64,000 nucleotides of DNA from Monocercomonoides exilis PA203 (Eukaryota > Protista > Preaxostyla), in NCBI GenBank assembly GCA_001643675.2, contig LSRY02000019.1:992001-1056000 (forward strand), read 5' to 3'. Positions within the stretch are counted from its first letter, which is position 1; each line of letters opens with the position of its first letter. Shown here piece by piece: positions 1 to 11,936 of the stretch. A program made the translations under genes and the position numbers. The notes under the pieces were generated by a model. That model saw only the letters and a list, made by a program, of their open reading frames with translations, did no database searches and was not told where the DNA came from.

Positions 1-1087
1 AAAAGTAATCATTTCTTTTTTCATCATCAAAAAAGATTGAGGATGGAAAAAGGAACGAAAGTGACAATGATGAAGTGGATGAAGAAACATTTGTGAATTG
101 TCCAGCACGAGGATGCATGACTCAGATGATAGTTTTTCTGTTTGCACAAGTTGTGGACGCTTTTTGTGATGAAAGAAGCTATGTGAATTCTTTTGAACAA
201 CGATAATCCTGAAGACAGCTGAAGACTGTGCTCTTCATGTGGCAAAAATGGATGCTGCTCCCAAAATCACTTTGTCAGTTAGACCTTATGCTTGCAATTT
301 TCATATCCCTGATTTCACACGACAGCTCACATAGCCGTTTGCAGATCTAGTGATGCGTGATAGTCAGACAGTCCAAGAACATACCTTCGAATAACTTCCG
401 GTTAATTCCAAAAAGAAAATGGAGAAAAATGCTTTTGCGTTGAAATTTCTTTCTGCAGACGCTATAGGCGTTTATATTTCAAGAGAGGTGAACAAATACT
501 CACGAAGCATTCGACTCGTATTCCTTTTCCTGGTTCCGTTCGAAACAGATCGTCGAAAATTCCTCTTTTCAATAATCGCATTCTTCTTTCTTCAAGCAGT
601 GCATATATTTTTTTTTTTTTTGAAATGTCACAGTTTCATGTATTTCACTCAAAATTGTCTCATCCTCTTATTCTCCTATTTTTCATTAACCTTTTTTGAA
701 AAGAGTGTTTTCAAAAAGTGATTCAAGAGAATGAACTTCTTTTATCCACTGTTCCCGTGGAGTGTTGTGTGAAATCATCCTTTCATATCAAAAACAACTA
801 CCAATTTCTTCTCCAGCTGCTGATTTCATTAATCCTTCTGAAAGAACAAATATTCATTTACGTTCATTGTTATTGAATAACAATGATTCCGTATTGATCT
901 GTAATTGTCTAAATCAAAAAAATGCATTTCGATTGAACTGCTTCCTCAGTTGGATGCGAAAATCATATTTCGTAAAATTTTCAAAGCAGAATTTGTTTTA
1001 ATTAATTTAAAGAGGATATTTATTCATTTTCTTTTTGCTTTTCTTCAAGAAAAAAATCTTTTATCCCATAAGAAGGTCGCAATCATA

Positions 1088-4000
1088 ATGAATGTTTCAA
1101 CATCAAATCTTCAACGATCAACTCTTTATTCAAGAGCAGATGTTTTGTGGGAAGAGGTTGAGCGCATTGGGGGAAAGGACAAGGTGGAACTGTTGCTGTA
1201 TATCCTCACAAGGAACCGCCGCGCAGCATCCTTTGCGGAAGAAGTGAAAAAGAGGATAAATGGTGTGGTTCTTTATTTTTTTGATTTCAAAGTTATGCGA
1301 AAATTCATTTATATGCACTTTTATATTGATTTGTTTTTATTTTTATTAAATGCAAACGTGAAAATAGGAGAGTTTCATGAACTTCTTGAAGAGCTAGCAA
1401 CAGCCTACAATAACGCCCCAGTTCACACTCAAACGACAATGAAGCAAGCTTTATCAAAACATCACAATTGCGATCGTTTGCTTTCCTTTGGGTATGACGT
1501 GACACAAGGAAAAATAAATCATGCAAAGCAAACGAGAAAAAAAAACCGAGACGAAATAAAAATCCCCATTCCTCCAAAAATTCCTTCACGTAGAAAAGGT
1601 ATTTGGTTTTCATTCATTTCATTTCTATGATTGTGTCTGATTTTCATTTTCTAAAGGCTTGAATTATTCAGATTGGTGCGTGGGGAATGAATGGATGAAA
1701 AACCATTCATCAGAAATTTCATCATCAATTACGAAAAAGAAAAAGCAAAAATATGAAAAATATGAAGAGAGCTTGGACGAAGAAATTTGGAATAAAGAAA
1801 TCAAGATAAAGCCTGAATTCGATTTGAAACCCAAATTACATATTAACATTACGAAATCGGAAATAGATCATCATGTCGCTCACATTAAAGATGATAAACT
1901 GCATCAGCATGTTAACTCATTGACTGATCAGTCAAAAAATGTCAACAGAAAATCCTCAACATCCAGCAATTTATCAGTCAAGAACCAAAGTTTTGATGAC
2001 GGAAATCTTCTTCATGCTCCTCCTTCGCCTACACTTGTGAAGCCTCATGAACTTCGATATTTTTTAGAAAAGAATTTGAAACATCAAAATGCTAATGCAT
2101 TCAAAATCAAAAAATTAGATCATTTAATTAGAACGGATTCTTCCAGTTCAAAATTAGTGCTTCATCACGATGTTCAAGAAGAAAGATATTTCAATCCAGC
2201 ATCAACGTCTTCATTCGTCTCACCAATTCTTATTCAAAAGGTCACTAAAAATACAGAATCATCACAAGAAAATAAAACCTGTTTTCGGAGTGATATGCAT
2301 TTTGATACAATGAACTCAATTATCAGCAAAGAAGACAAAGATTCAAAGGAAAGGAACGAAAACTGTGGAATAAAAACTAATAAATCAATTGCAATCAAAG
2401 AGCAGGCAATTGTTAATAGCGATCATTTCATCACCAAAAGGTTGGGGCTAAGGAATTTAGGGAACACTTGTTACCTTTCATCAATTCTTCAATGTTTATC
2501 AACAGTTATGCATTCCTGTATAATAAAGGAAAATTACAACGTGAGAAGTGGAATTTCTGCGGAGTTGATAAACGTTTGTAATGAGCTCATTTGCAATCAC
2601 TCACCTATTTCATCTTGGACATCAGAATTAATTGATAAGTGGGACATTTCGTTTTCGCGAGGCAAAAGACAGCAGCAAAATGTTTGTGAAGCATTTGATC
2701 ATTTAATGGAAATGCTTTTGAAAGACGATTTGGTTGACAAACAATTGACGAGCGTCGATGGGTTAATTTTCAAGAAATGTTTGAAATGCGGTACTTTGTC
2801 GTCAAGCAATTTAGGTTTTTCTAATTATGTGATTATCAACAATGCTTCAATTTACACAGGATTTATCAATTTTTTTGCAAAAGAAAAAATGAGGCACCCA
2901 AACAAAGTGTTCTGTGAAAAATGTCAGGAAAAGTGTGAATTTCAAAAATGGAATGTCATATCAAAATTTCCGAAACTATTAGGGATATCTCACGAATACA
3001 ATTATTCTCCTAACGTCATTCCCCCAAAGATGAGAATTTTTGATTCAGACGAAAATAACTGTCAAACAGTTCACAAGTCGTGCAACGAACATTTTTCAAG
3101 AATCAATCCTTCAGTTAAATCAATGCAAAATGCATGTTACAAGTTTATGGGACAAATTCTTTTCAAAAGAATAGACCAAAACCATGGCCACTACATATCA
3201 TTTGTTCTTTCAAAGGATGGATCAAAAGAATATTGGACCATATGTAATGATGCTTGCACTCGAACTTTGAGAAAGGAAGAATATGATTCCAGTTGGAAAT
3301 TATTGTTCAAAGAAGGATATAGACCATCATTTTCACTTTATTTAATTGAAGAATCTTCCACTCACATTAACAATTTGTTCAAAGGAGGAATTGATGATAT
3401 ATCTCCAAATCCGTTAACAAAATCAATTGATTCTTCATCTCAACCGTTAGAAACTCAACAAACTATTTCTTCCAATTATCCAAATAATAAACCAAAAGAC
3501 TGTGACTCTTCAAACATTTCATATTCATCATCTTCATCAATTCAATCTTCATTTCAACCAATAAGAAATTACCGTCTCTCATCAACTGATAAAAATGGGA
3601 AATCGACAACTTCATTATTCTTTGATCATAATCCAAATCCTTTCAATTCATCTATTTCTTTTTTTTCAAATTCAGAAAAAGATTTATTATCCTCACGTAC
3701 ATCCTTTTCACCTCCTTCAAATCTCACTTCAACTTTGTCAACTTCTCCATCTCAAAAGCTTAATTCCCAAAACAATCAGATTATCACCTCTGTTTATTCG
3801 GTTGGAAATCCATTGGTAGACAAGTCAATTTTGAAATATAAAACAAGAAGGGATTCTGAAACAACAAATGAAATCGAAGATGATAATAAAAGTGTTGTTT
3901 ACCTGTATAATAAAGAAATCATTTCACCTTCCACTATTCACACTACCAGTCCACTCATCTCAAACAATGTTCAGATGCAGAATTACACTTCAACAAAAGG

Positions 4001-5921
4001 AAATGCTTCTTCAAAATTACCTCACTTATTTCTTTCGCCAAAAGCTCAAAATGCTGTGCTCGATTCATTTCACCCTTCGTTGCAATCAATTGAAAACTCA
4101 TTGAATATCCTTTTTCATTCGAATTTTTCAGGCAATATAAAATCACATCACACAACTCATTCGTTTTGTCCGAGGAAACCATCATGTTCTTCCCTTGCAT
4201 TATTTTCAAATGAAAACGACAATTCTTCAAAACCAGAACTTAACAAATCAATTCACTCAACATATCATAACAATAATAAGGCAATCAACTCTTTATCATC
4301 TTCATTTAAAAATGAAAAATCCTCAACTCTTCCATTCTCTTCCTCACTTGATTCAGCTACCAATTCTTCTTCTTAACTCCGCAAAATCTCATCTGTTTCA
4401 AAAGGAGCTCAATTTTCATCAATCGATTGCAACATTTTTTCCTCTGTTTCTAAAAACACATCTTCAACTTTTCTTCAACAGAATTTGTTCACAAATTCAA
4501 GGCATGTCCCACTGATTTTTTCTCCTGAGGAAAAAAGACTAATATTCATTCCAAAAAATCAGCTTTGGAAAGATTTTGTTAATGAAACAAGTATCAAACT
4601 ATCATTATCATACTTTTACAAACTTACAAAAAATTTTGTAAAAGCAAGGAAAAGGACGGACATGTGTGGTTATTGTCAACATTTGCAATCTTTAGAAAAG
4701 AAACATCAATTATCCTATTCCTCACAAATTCTGACCGAAAAGGAATTATCGACAATGAAATCTTTAAAGGAACATAAACTATTTGCAAATTGGCAAAGGG
4801 AATACTACAATCAATGCGTTCATAATGTCAAAGAAGGTGAAGTTGTTTGTGTATTTGATTTTAAAGAAAAATGGAAGCTTCCACTTCGAAACGTTCAACT
4901 TCAGCAAGAATTCTACCAGTACAACCAAATATCTCAGTTTACAGTTATCACATATCAATTTGTTGATTGCCATTTATCCAAATATACTTATAACTTTTTC
5001 TCTCATTGCTTAACCAATGATCATCGCTTCGTTTTTGATTGTCTCGAATCTATTTTCAAAAGGCCTGCTTACAACAATGTGAAAACAGTCAAATTTTTTT
5101 GTGATTCTGGTCCACATAATAGGAACCGATTCTTGTTGAGTTTTATTCTTTCTCCAAACTCACAAGTATTTCACAAAAAAAATACAGAGCTGAATTTCTT
5201 TGCAGAGCATCATGGCAAAAATGTCTGCGATGGAGAATTCGGAACTTTGGTTAACTTAATAAACAATAACGTGGATGAAAATATTGAAACACTTCCTCAG
5301 TTGTTGTCTTTTTTTTCAGCTCATTTCAACTCTTCAAATTTTTGTGGCAATCGAAGACTGGCTAATGAACATCAACAACATATTTCATCAAATATCCTTC
5401 AAAATGACATGAAAAGTATAATTCATCAAAGATTTTTCGAAGAATACATACCATCAAACAGATCCGTTTGGCCCTCATTGATAATTGATCACATGAAATG
5501 TTATTTGTGCTTCGAAAGAAAAGGAAAATGCATATCTGCTTCGGTGAGCAGTCATTTATCTCAGCGAGCTTTAATTGAGGTGAAAACAGTGTTCAAGAAA
5601 GAAAAAACAACAAACGAAAGAAAAACTTTTGATAACCAAATCAAACCAACAAACGCTTTTTCGTTGTCAAGGACTACAAAAGAATTATTTGAAAAAAGGC
5701 ATGTTCTTGTTCGAGATTGTTCTGTTTTTGATTCGATTTCTTTTTTTAATAATTGTTCTTGTTATAAATGCAATAATTCTTTGTTGGGGAAAGGTTTTGG
5801 TGGTTTCAATTGTTGCGGTGTTTGTGATGCTTTTGGTTTTTGTAATATTTCAAACAATTCTTTTCAAGATTTTTCCTTTAATTCTTCTGATTCTTACTGT
5901 TCTTCAACATTTAACACATAA
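1088..5921 (+). mobile_element. Sola-like DD(D/E) transposase gene with an embedded USP (peptidase C19) domain; two introns; one in-frame TAA at 4374-4376
   Basis: ATG 1088; phase-compatible GT-AG introns 1263-1367 and 1599-1656. ORFs 1659..4376 and 4485..5921 share one frame and are separated only by a single TAA. Transposase motifs: 'SLSYFYKL..RKRTDMCGYC', 'VFDFKEK', 'FFCDSGPHNRN', 'FFAEHHGKNVCDGEFG'. USP motifs: 'GLRNLGNTCYLSSILQCL', 'QQNVCEAF', two CxxC, 'GHYISFV', 'WTICND'. The Sola assignment comes from recalled motif pattern; no TIRs were found. Confidence 0.7.
2440..3350 (+). other. USP/UBP ubiquitin-specific protease catalytic domain within the transposase ORF
   Basis: Cys box GLRNLGNTCY (~2445), Gln box QQNVCEAF, CLKC/CEKC zinc-ribbon pairs, His box GHY (~3186), WTICND, terminal SFSLY. 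The candidate Cys-His-Asn/Asp triad is present. Confidence 0.85.
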
Positions 5922-6119
5922 CGAGGCATGATTGCGTATGCTCAGCCAACTTCAAATAGGGTTTGATGTTAGACATGACAACAGGCAATATATATGAAAG
6001 TGGTTGCTTTCATATACGGACTTGGATACGGCCTGTTGCCTCCCAGGTGCGCGATTCAAACAATTATTGTTATTCAAAAAACAACTCAGATAATGATAAA
6101 CACTTATCAATAAATATTG

Positions 6120-6590
6120 TTCTCTCTTCTCTTCTCTTCTCTTCTCTCCTCTTATCTCCTCTCCTCTTCTCTCCTCTCCTCTCCTCTTCTCTTCTTTTCT
6201 CTTCTCTCCTCTCCTCTTCTCTTCTCTTCTCTTCTCTCCTCTTCTCTCCTCTTCTCTTCTCTTCTCTCCTCTTCTCTTCTCTTCTCTCCTCTTCTCTCCT
6301 CTTCTCTTATCTCCTCTCCTCTTCTCTCCTCTTCTCTTCTCTCCTCTCCTCTTCTCTCCTCTTCTCTTATCTCCTCTCCTCTTCTCTCCTCTCCTCTTCT
6401 CTTCTCTTCTCTTCTTTTCTTTTCTCTTCTCTTCTTTTCTATTCTCTCCTCTTCTCTTCTCTCCTCTCCTCTTTTCTTCTCTTCTCTCCTCATCTCTTCT
6501 TTTCTCTTCTCTTCTCTTCATTTCTTTTCTCTTCTCTTCTCTTCTCTTCTTTTCTATTTACTTCTCTTCTATTCACTTCTCTTCTTTCAT
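6120..6590. repeat. Degenerate pentanucleotide microsatellite (CTCTT/CTCCT/CTTCT)n
   Basis: Directly visible polypyrimidine 5-mer array. It explains the spurious EKRRG and SSLL ORFs. Confidence 0.95.
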
Positions 6591-8352
6591 CTTTTCATAT
6601 ATTTTTTCAGTGTTGACCTTTCTTTTTGTTTTTGTTTTTGAAAAATTATCCCTATCCTTTCCTTTTTATCTATCTTCTTTCCTTTTTTTCTTTTTGTATT
6701 TATTATGAACTCAACTTGTTCTTTTTTTGTTTTTTTCTTAATTTTCGTCATATAGTTTTTCAATCACCTTTCCCAAACAATTTACTTGTTCTCTTTTTCT
6801 TTTTGTTTTCGTTTGTTTTGTTTCTGAAAGTCTCCACGATAATTGTTTTTTTTTTTTTTTTTTTCATTTTTTATTTCATTTCTTCAGTTTCTCGTTATTT
6901 TCCAAAAATTTTTTCCTTCATTTATTTTCATCCCCAATTTTATTAAATTTTCTATTATCATTGACCTTTATCTGAAAGTCTTTATTTTTTCCTTCTCTTT
7001 CACTTTATTTTTTTATTTTATATCCAAATTTAATATTTTTTATCCAAACATCTAATATCCAATTTTTCATTTGTTGTCTGTTTTTATCTTTTACAATCCA
7101 TGTTTTTTTTTCAATATTCCATTTTTTCTCTGTTTTTTCTTTCATTTTATTCTTTTGTTAACTCTTTCCTCTCCTTTCAGTGTTTTATTTTCCGTTTATT
7201 ACTATGTTCATTCTTTTCTTCTCCTTTGATTTTTTCTCCCTTTTTCATTTTTTGTTTTTGTATTTTTATCAATTCTTTTTTTTTAGAATTGATATAACAA
7301 CTTTCTTTTTTATTATATTTTCTATTCTTTTCTAACATTTGTTTGATTGTTTTTTGTTTTTGTCGATCTCAATAATGAATATTTATTATTGCATCAGTTG
7401 TTTTTCTGATATTCATATTTGTCTTTTTTGTTTATAATTTTCTGACTATCTATCTCTTTATCTCTCTCTTTGTTTATTTGTTTATTTATTCGATTGGTTA
7501 AATGTTCATTTTTTATTTGATGTTTTTTGTTATTGTTATTTTGTTATTACAGAGAATCTCGAACAAACAGCGTATCTTGAAAATATTTCTTTTGGGCCCT
7601 TGCACAATTAATGCATTTGTTGAATGGAATTGATGATCAATTCATTATTTTTCGTCATGCTTTTCTTTCTTTCTTTTTCATTTTTTTTCTCAACTAACAG
7701 CTCATCGAGAATTGTGACTTCCTGAAGCGAGTGAATCAACGATGAACAACAAATAGCATCTAATGTTAAATCAAGGTTTATGAGATATTGCAGTTTTTTG
7801 TTTGGATCAAACTTGGTGACGTTTTTCGAACAAAATGACTTTTTTTTATTAATGTTCTTTATTTGATGGAATGAAAGTGAAATCGTTATTCGTTTTCATT
7901 ACAACCAGTCTTGTTGCAAGGATTTCTTTTATAAGTGATTATTCATTGAAAGAAAGTACTGTTGTTGCAGTTCATTCACGTATTTGCCGAAATGAAGTTA
8001 CCAAATTTCTTGGATAAATAATTCCGACATTTTTAAAATTCAAGTTTTTGAAAACACAAAGATGCACATTATCAAGTACCTTTAAAGAACTTTATTCAAC
8101 ATTAAAAAATAACCAATTATTTTTTATCATTTTCATAATAAAAGTTGTAATTTTTTGTTAATAAACCAGTAAGATAAATTTTTTTTAACTGATAAATATT
8201 TAATATGGTTATGATCAAATGTCGTATTTTTTTATGATATCAAAAAAAATCACCCATATTATTTTCTGAATTTCCTTCAACATTTCCTTCATCCCTCCCT
8301 CCATCAAATCCTCCTTCCATTCCACCTTCTCCTCCATCCAACTCTTCTTCCA

Positions 8353-8440
8353 TTCCACCTCTAGCTCCAAGCCCACAAACATCCCTTCCACCTCCAGCTC
8401 CAAGCCCACAAACATCCCTTCCACCTCCAGCTCCAAACAC
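8353..8440. repeat. 33-bp minisatellite, ~2.6 copies
   Basis: Unit TTCCACCTCCAGCTCCAAGCCCACAAACATCCC starts at 8353, 8386 and 8419; minus strand reads GAGGGRDVCGL. Confidence 0.9.
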
Positions 8441-8945
8441 GTCTGCCCCGCTCGATGCACCAAATCCATCCAAACCAGCCCCGCTCGCAGAGTTACAACT
8501 TTCAGCATTGGCTTCGCTTGCAGCTTCACAGTTTGTTGCATCGGCCCCGTCGAAGGAAAAATTGTGAATGTTAGTATGACAAAAGGTTATATTTGAATAA
8601 AAATTTTGCAAAGATAAATATTGAGATAAAATACTATTATCATGTGTATTGGTTTTTTTATTTTCTAATTTGATGTTAATTATATTATCTGTTTTTTTAT
8701 CTTCTTTAAATTCATTATCTTTTTTTTCTTTTTTTTCTGTTATTATTTTTTCTTTTATAAGTTTTTTTCTTATCTTTATTGTATAAAAGTCATTAATTGA
8801 TATATTATTTTTCATGGTTTTGACTTTATTCATGCTGTCATCGAAATAATTCTCTTTTAAATAAAAATTATTTGCAAATTAATTTTTTAAAATTGCATTG
8901 TTGAAGAAAATTTCAATAATTGAATTTAGTACTCCAACTGCACCT

Positions 8946-9020
8946 CCAGAAACCCCTCCATCAACTCCAGTAATGCACCCAGAAACCCCTCCATCAACTA
9001 TTGTAATGCATCCTGATAAC
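8946..9020. repeat. Second 33-bp minisatellite, ~2.3 copies
   Basis: Unit CCAGAAACCCCTCCATCAACTCCAGTAATGCAC starts at 8946, 8979 and, degenerately, 9012; minus strand reads CITGVDGGVSG. Confidence 0.85.
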
Positions 9021-10692
9021 TTTTTATCCATGAGCTGATTTGTTGTATTAAAAGCTTCATCCTTATTTGTGATTGTTGAAACACATGAATTTGAATTACT
9101 TGCATGGATTGAAATATTATATGGAATATTTTTTATGTTGATTTGGTTTGTTTTTATATTATTATTTTTATTTTCTATACATCTTTTAATTGTTAATTTT
9201 TTTGTTTGATCATTTTCTTTTTTGTTATTTTGTGTTGTTATTTTTTCATAATTTATTTTTTTTGATTCATATATTTTATTTCTTACTTTTTTTTATTGTA
9301 TGTAGTTTCTTTTATATAAATTTTTTTTCTTTTTTATTTCTTTTTGTTTTTTCTTTTCAAAATTTTCTTTTTCTAATTCTTCTTTTTTATTTTTTTTTAA
9401 ACATGCTTCACAACATCGCTTCTTAACTTCTGCATTTTGTTTTTCTGTAAAATTGTTCGCTTTAATAAATGTTTGAAAGTTCAACAAAAACAATAATAAA
9501 TGATAATTTTAAAAAAAATTAATGAAAAAAAATTTAAACAAAAATCAAAGTTGTTTTTTTTTCTTCTTGAGTTTTCGCAGCTGCAAGAGCTATGGATAAA
9601 AAGCCAGCTTTCTGCCATTCGAAACTCTTTTTCATCAAAAAAATAATATCATTCAATAAAACACATTTTTTTTTATTAGAAACAAAATAATAATTAAAAT
9701 AATTAATGATAAAAAAATTAATATTATAAGGAAATATTAAAAAAAAACTTCTTATTGAAAGAACATCTTTATCACTGCTTGATAAAGCTGTAGGTGCTGG
9801 GGCTTTGTTTTTCTCCCGTGAATAGTAATATTCTCCGGGAGAAATACCTCAGCCTTCTTGATTCAATTCTTGATATGAAAACAACGAAGAAGCACAACAA
9901 AGAAGCTGAACCCGAAGGTTCAAGGGGCTTCTTTTACGCACTTCACCGATATTTGATAAAAATTTTGTGGTTTTCTCTTTTAACGAATAATAATAATAAG
10001 AATAATAACATAAAAAAATAAAATATGGGTAATTATTTTTGAGACTAGATTTTTTCTGTGAACAATTTCGGAATGAAAAAAAGCATCAAATGTTTTTGAA
10101 TGAATTTTGAAAAGTGGAAATACAACAAACAGATTATTGCATATAATTTTTATCTCAAATATCAGCGTTTGTCACAATTGAAAAGCACGGAACATTTGAA
10201 TCAAAACCTTTGAGCAAATAGCAGAAAACCAATAAATTATTCACACTCCGAAAAAAGTTATGATTTCAAAAATAATCACACATATATTTGTTTAACGCTT
10301 TAATGATAATAAAAATAAAAAAAACCTTCAAAGCGGGTCTGGATTGCCTCTTGGAATGGCTTTCCTTTTTTGTAGTGAAAAATAAAATAAAGAAAACACC
10401 CCACGGGGTCGGATGGTGCAGCGGACTCCAAAGCTTCTAAAACTTTATCGGCTTTACGAGTTTTGCTTGCACGAGGCAAGTCAAAAAAGTTTCCAATCAT
10501 CAACAGCTTGATGGGAAAAAATTATGGAAAACAAAATAATTAATGAAAATGACAAAATAAATACAGTGAATAAAAACACACTTTTGATTTGCGAATCATT
10601 TGTATTTCCTTTTTATTTTCTTCCTTTTTTTCGATGAAATTTGAACCTCATCAGATATGTGTAATTGTTCACATTAATCAATTCTCCTTTAT

Positions 10693-11936
10693 TCAGAATA
10701 AACTGCTGAGGGATTGGCCATCATGCAAAGTGGATGTGGGTTGTGTAGAAGGCAAGGAAGAAGAAGAAGAAGATTTTTGCGAAGTGGATCATAAATCATG
10801 AGATGATTGTGCAGTGTTTATGCTGATGATATGAGTGTTTGCATTGCCATCAGCTTCTGTTTCCTTTCCTTTGCTCATTTCGGTTGATGAAATCTGCTTG
10901 TTGCTAATGTTGTTGTTATTGCAGTTATTATAATAATTATTATTAATACTTTTATATTCAGATGCTGCAGATGATGACAAACAACAGAAAGCAGATGGTT
11001 TTTGGATGTTCTTATCAGTTTGATCTCTAGCTTGATGAGATGTTTTCTGAGAACTCGAAAGAAAATTGCCTCCATTTGGTGGATGAGATGATGAAGTGGA
11101 GGAATATGATGAAAGAGCAGAAAAGGTCGAGAATGATGAGTGATTTGTGCGGTGGAATAGCCCAGAAGGAGAAAAGAATGGTGCTATTCGAGAGGGATAT
11201 GAAGGAGGCAGGAAAGCTTGCGTCATTTGTGTTAGAAGTATGGTGAAACCTGTCAGCGGAGGGTTTCCAGAAATTCCTGCTATGGGTATCACAGACGGAA
11301 TCTTCTCAGCCACATTAGCAGACGAAATAAATGAAGCAGAAGAGACACCCAGTGGCACAACATTCTCAACAGACACGCTCTGTGAAGATGATCCTTGTGG
11401 ATGTCGATTGTAACGATTTGAGGGGATCTGCTGGGAAATTGGAAGTGGCCCAGTCGGTGGGAAAAGAAGATAAGGCATCCCGAATGAAGTCGAGGAGTCC
11501 AATGATGAATGAGCATTTGCTCCTCCTGACGAATAAGAAAATCCTTGGCATTTGGTAGAAGAACTCGAACGAGTCGCCGACAGAGTTAGAAAAATAATTT
11601 GTGTATTTTGTCTCGGGGTGGAGATGCAAAATCCTGAGAAGTTGGAGATATTCCATCTGAAGGTGATGTCGGGGATGAAGAGGAAGGAGTTGAAGCAGTT
11701 GAAAGAAATTAAGAAGCAAGAAGTGGAGAAGACGAGGAAAAGTGTTATAATGACTATAGAGGAGAAGGTGAAGAAGCAGAAAAAGGCAAAGAAGAATGAG
11801 AAGACGAAGACAAATGTGAAAATGATGAAAAAGGAGAAAAATAATTCGACATTTGCGCAGAAGATGATGAAGGCTGCCTGGGAATTGAAGAAGTTAGCGA
11901 ATCAAACGAACGAGAGGCAGACGAAATCGAATGCAT
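10693..11936 (-). pseudogene. 3' fragment of a Ser/Pro-rich protein gene with in-frame stops and a frameshift
   Basis: Ser-rich reading continues through TAG 11754-56, TAA 11745-47 and TAA 11709-11, then shifts frame near 11615 and continues through TGA 10789-91 to TGA 10693-95, followed by AT-rich DNA. Confidence 0.55.

Larger units (their letters stand above)
6600..10510 (-). pseudogene. Highly degenerate multi-exon coding remnant(s): K/E/N-rich, Gly-rich repeats, Cys motifs
   Basis: Minus-strand GC-richer islands alternate with AT-rich intron-like stretches (9560-10500). Fragments include 'IHSSC...KKRCCEACLK' and 'FNKCINCAR', plus a long A-rich K/E/N tract with many stops and frameshifts. 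Confidence 0.3.

Noticed and set aside
5952-6641. ORFs of EKRRG and SSLL repeats
   Set aside because: They are translations of the pentamer microsatellite.
8353-9020. 33-bp repeats as a CRISPR array
   Set aside because: The units are directly tandem with no unique spacers, no cas genes are present, and the context is eukaryotic.
9906-9922. TGAACC-CGAA-GGTTCA hairpin as a Helitron 3' end or terminator
   Set aside because: Only a 6-bp stem, with no CTRR terminus at the expected distance.
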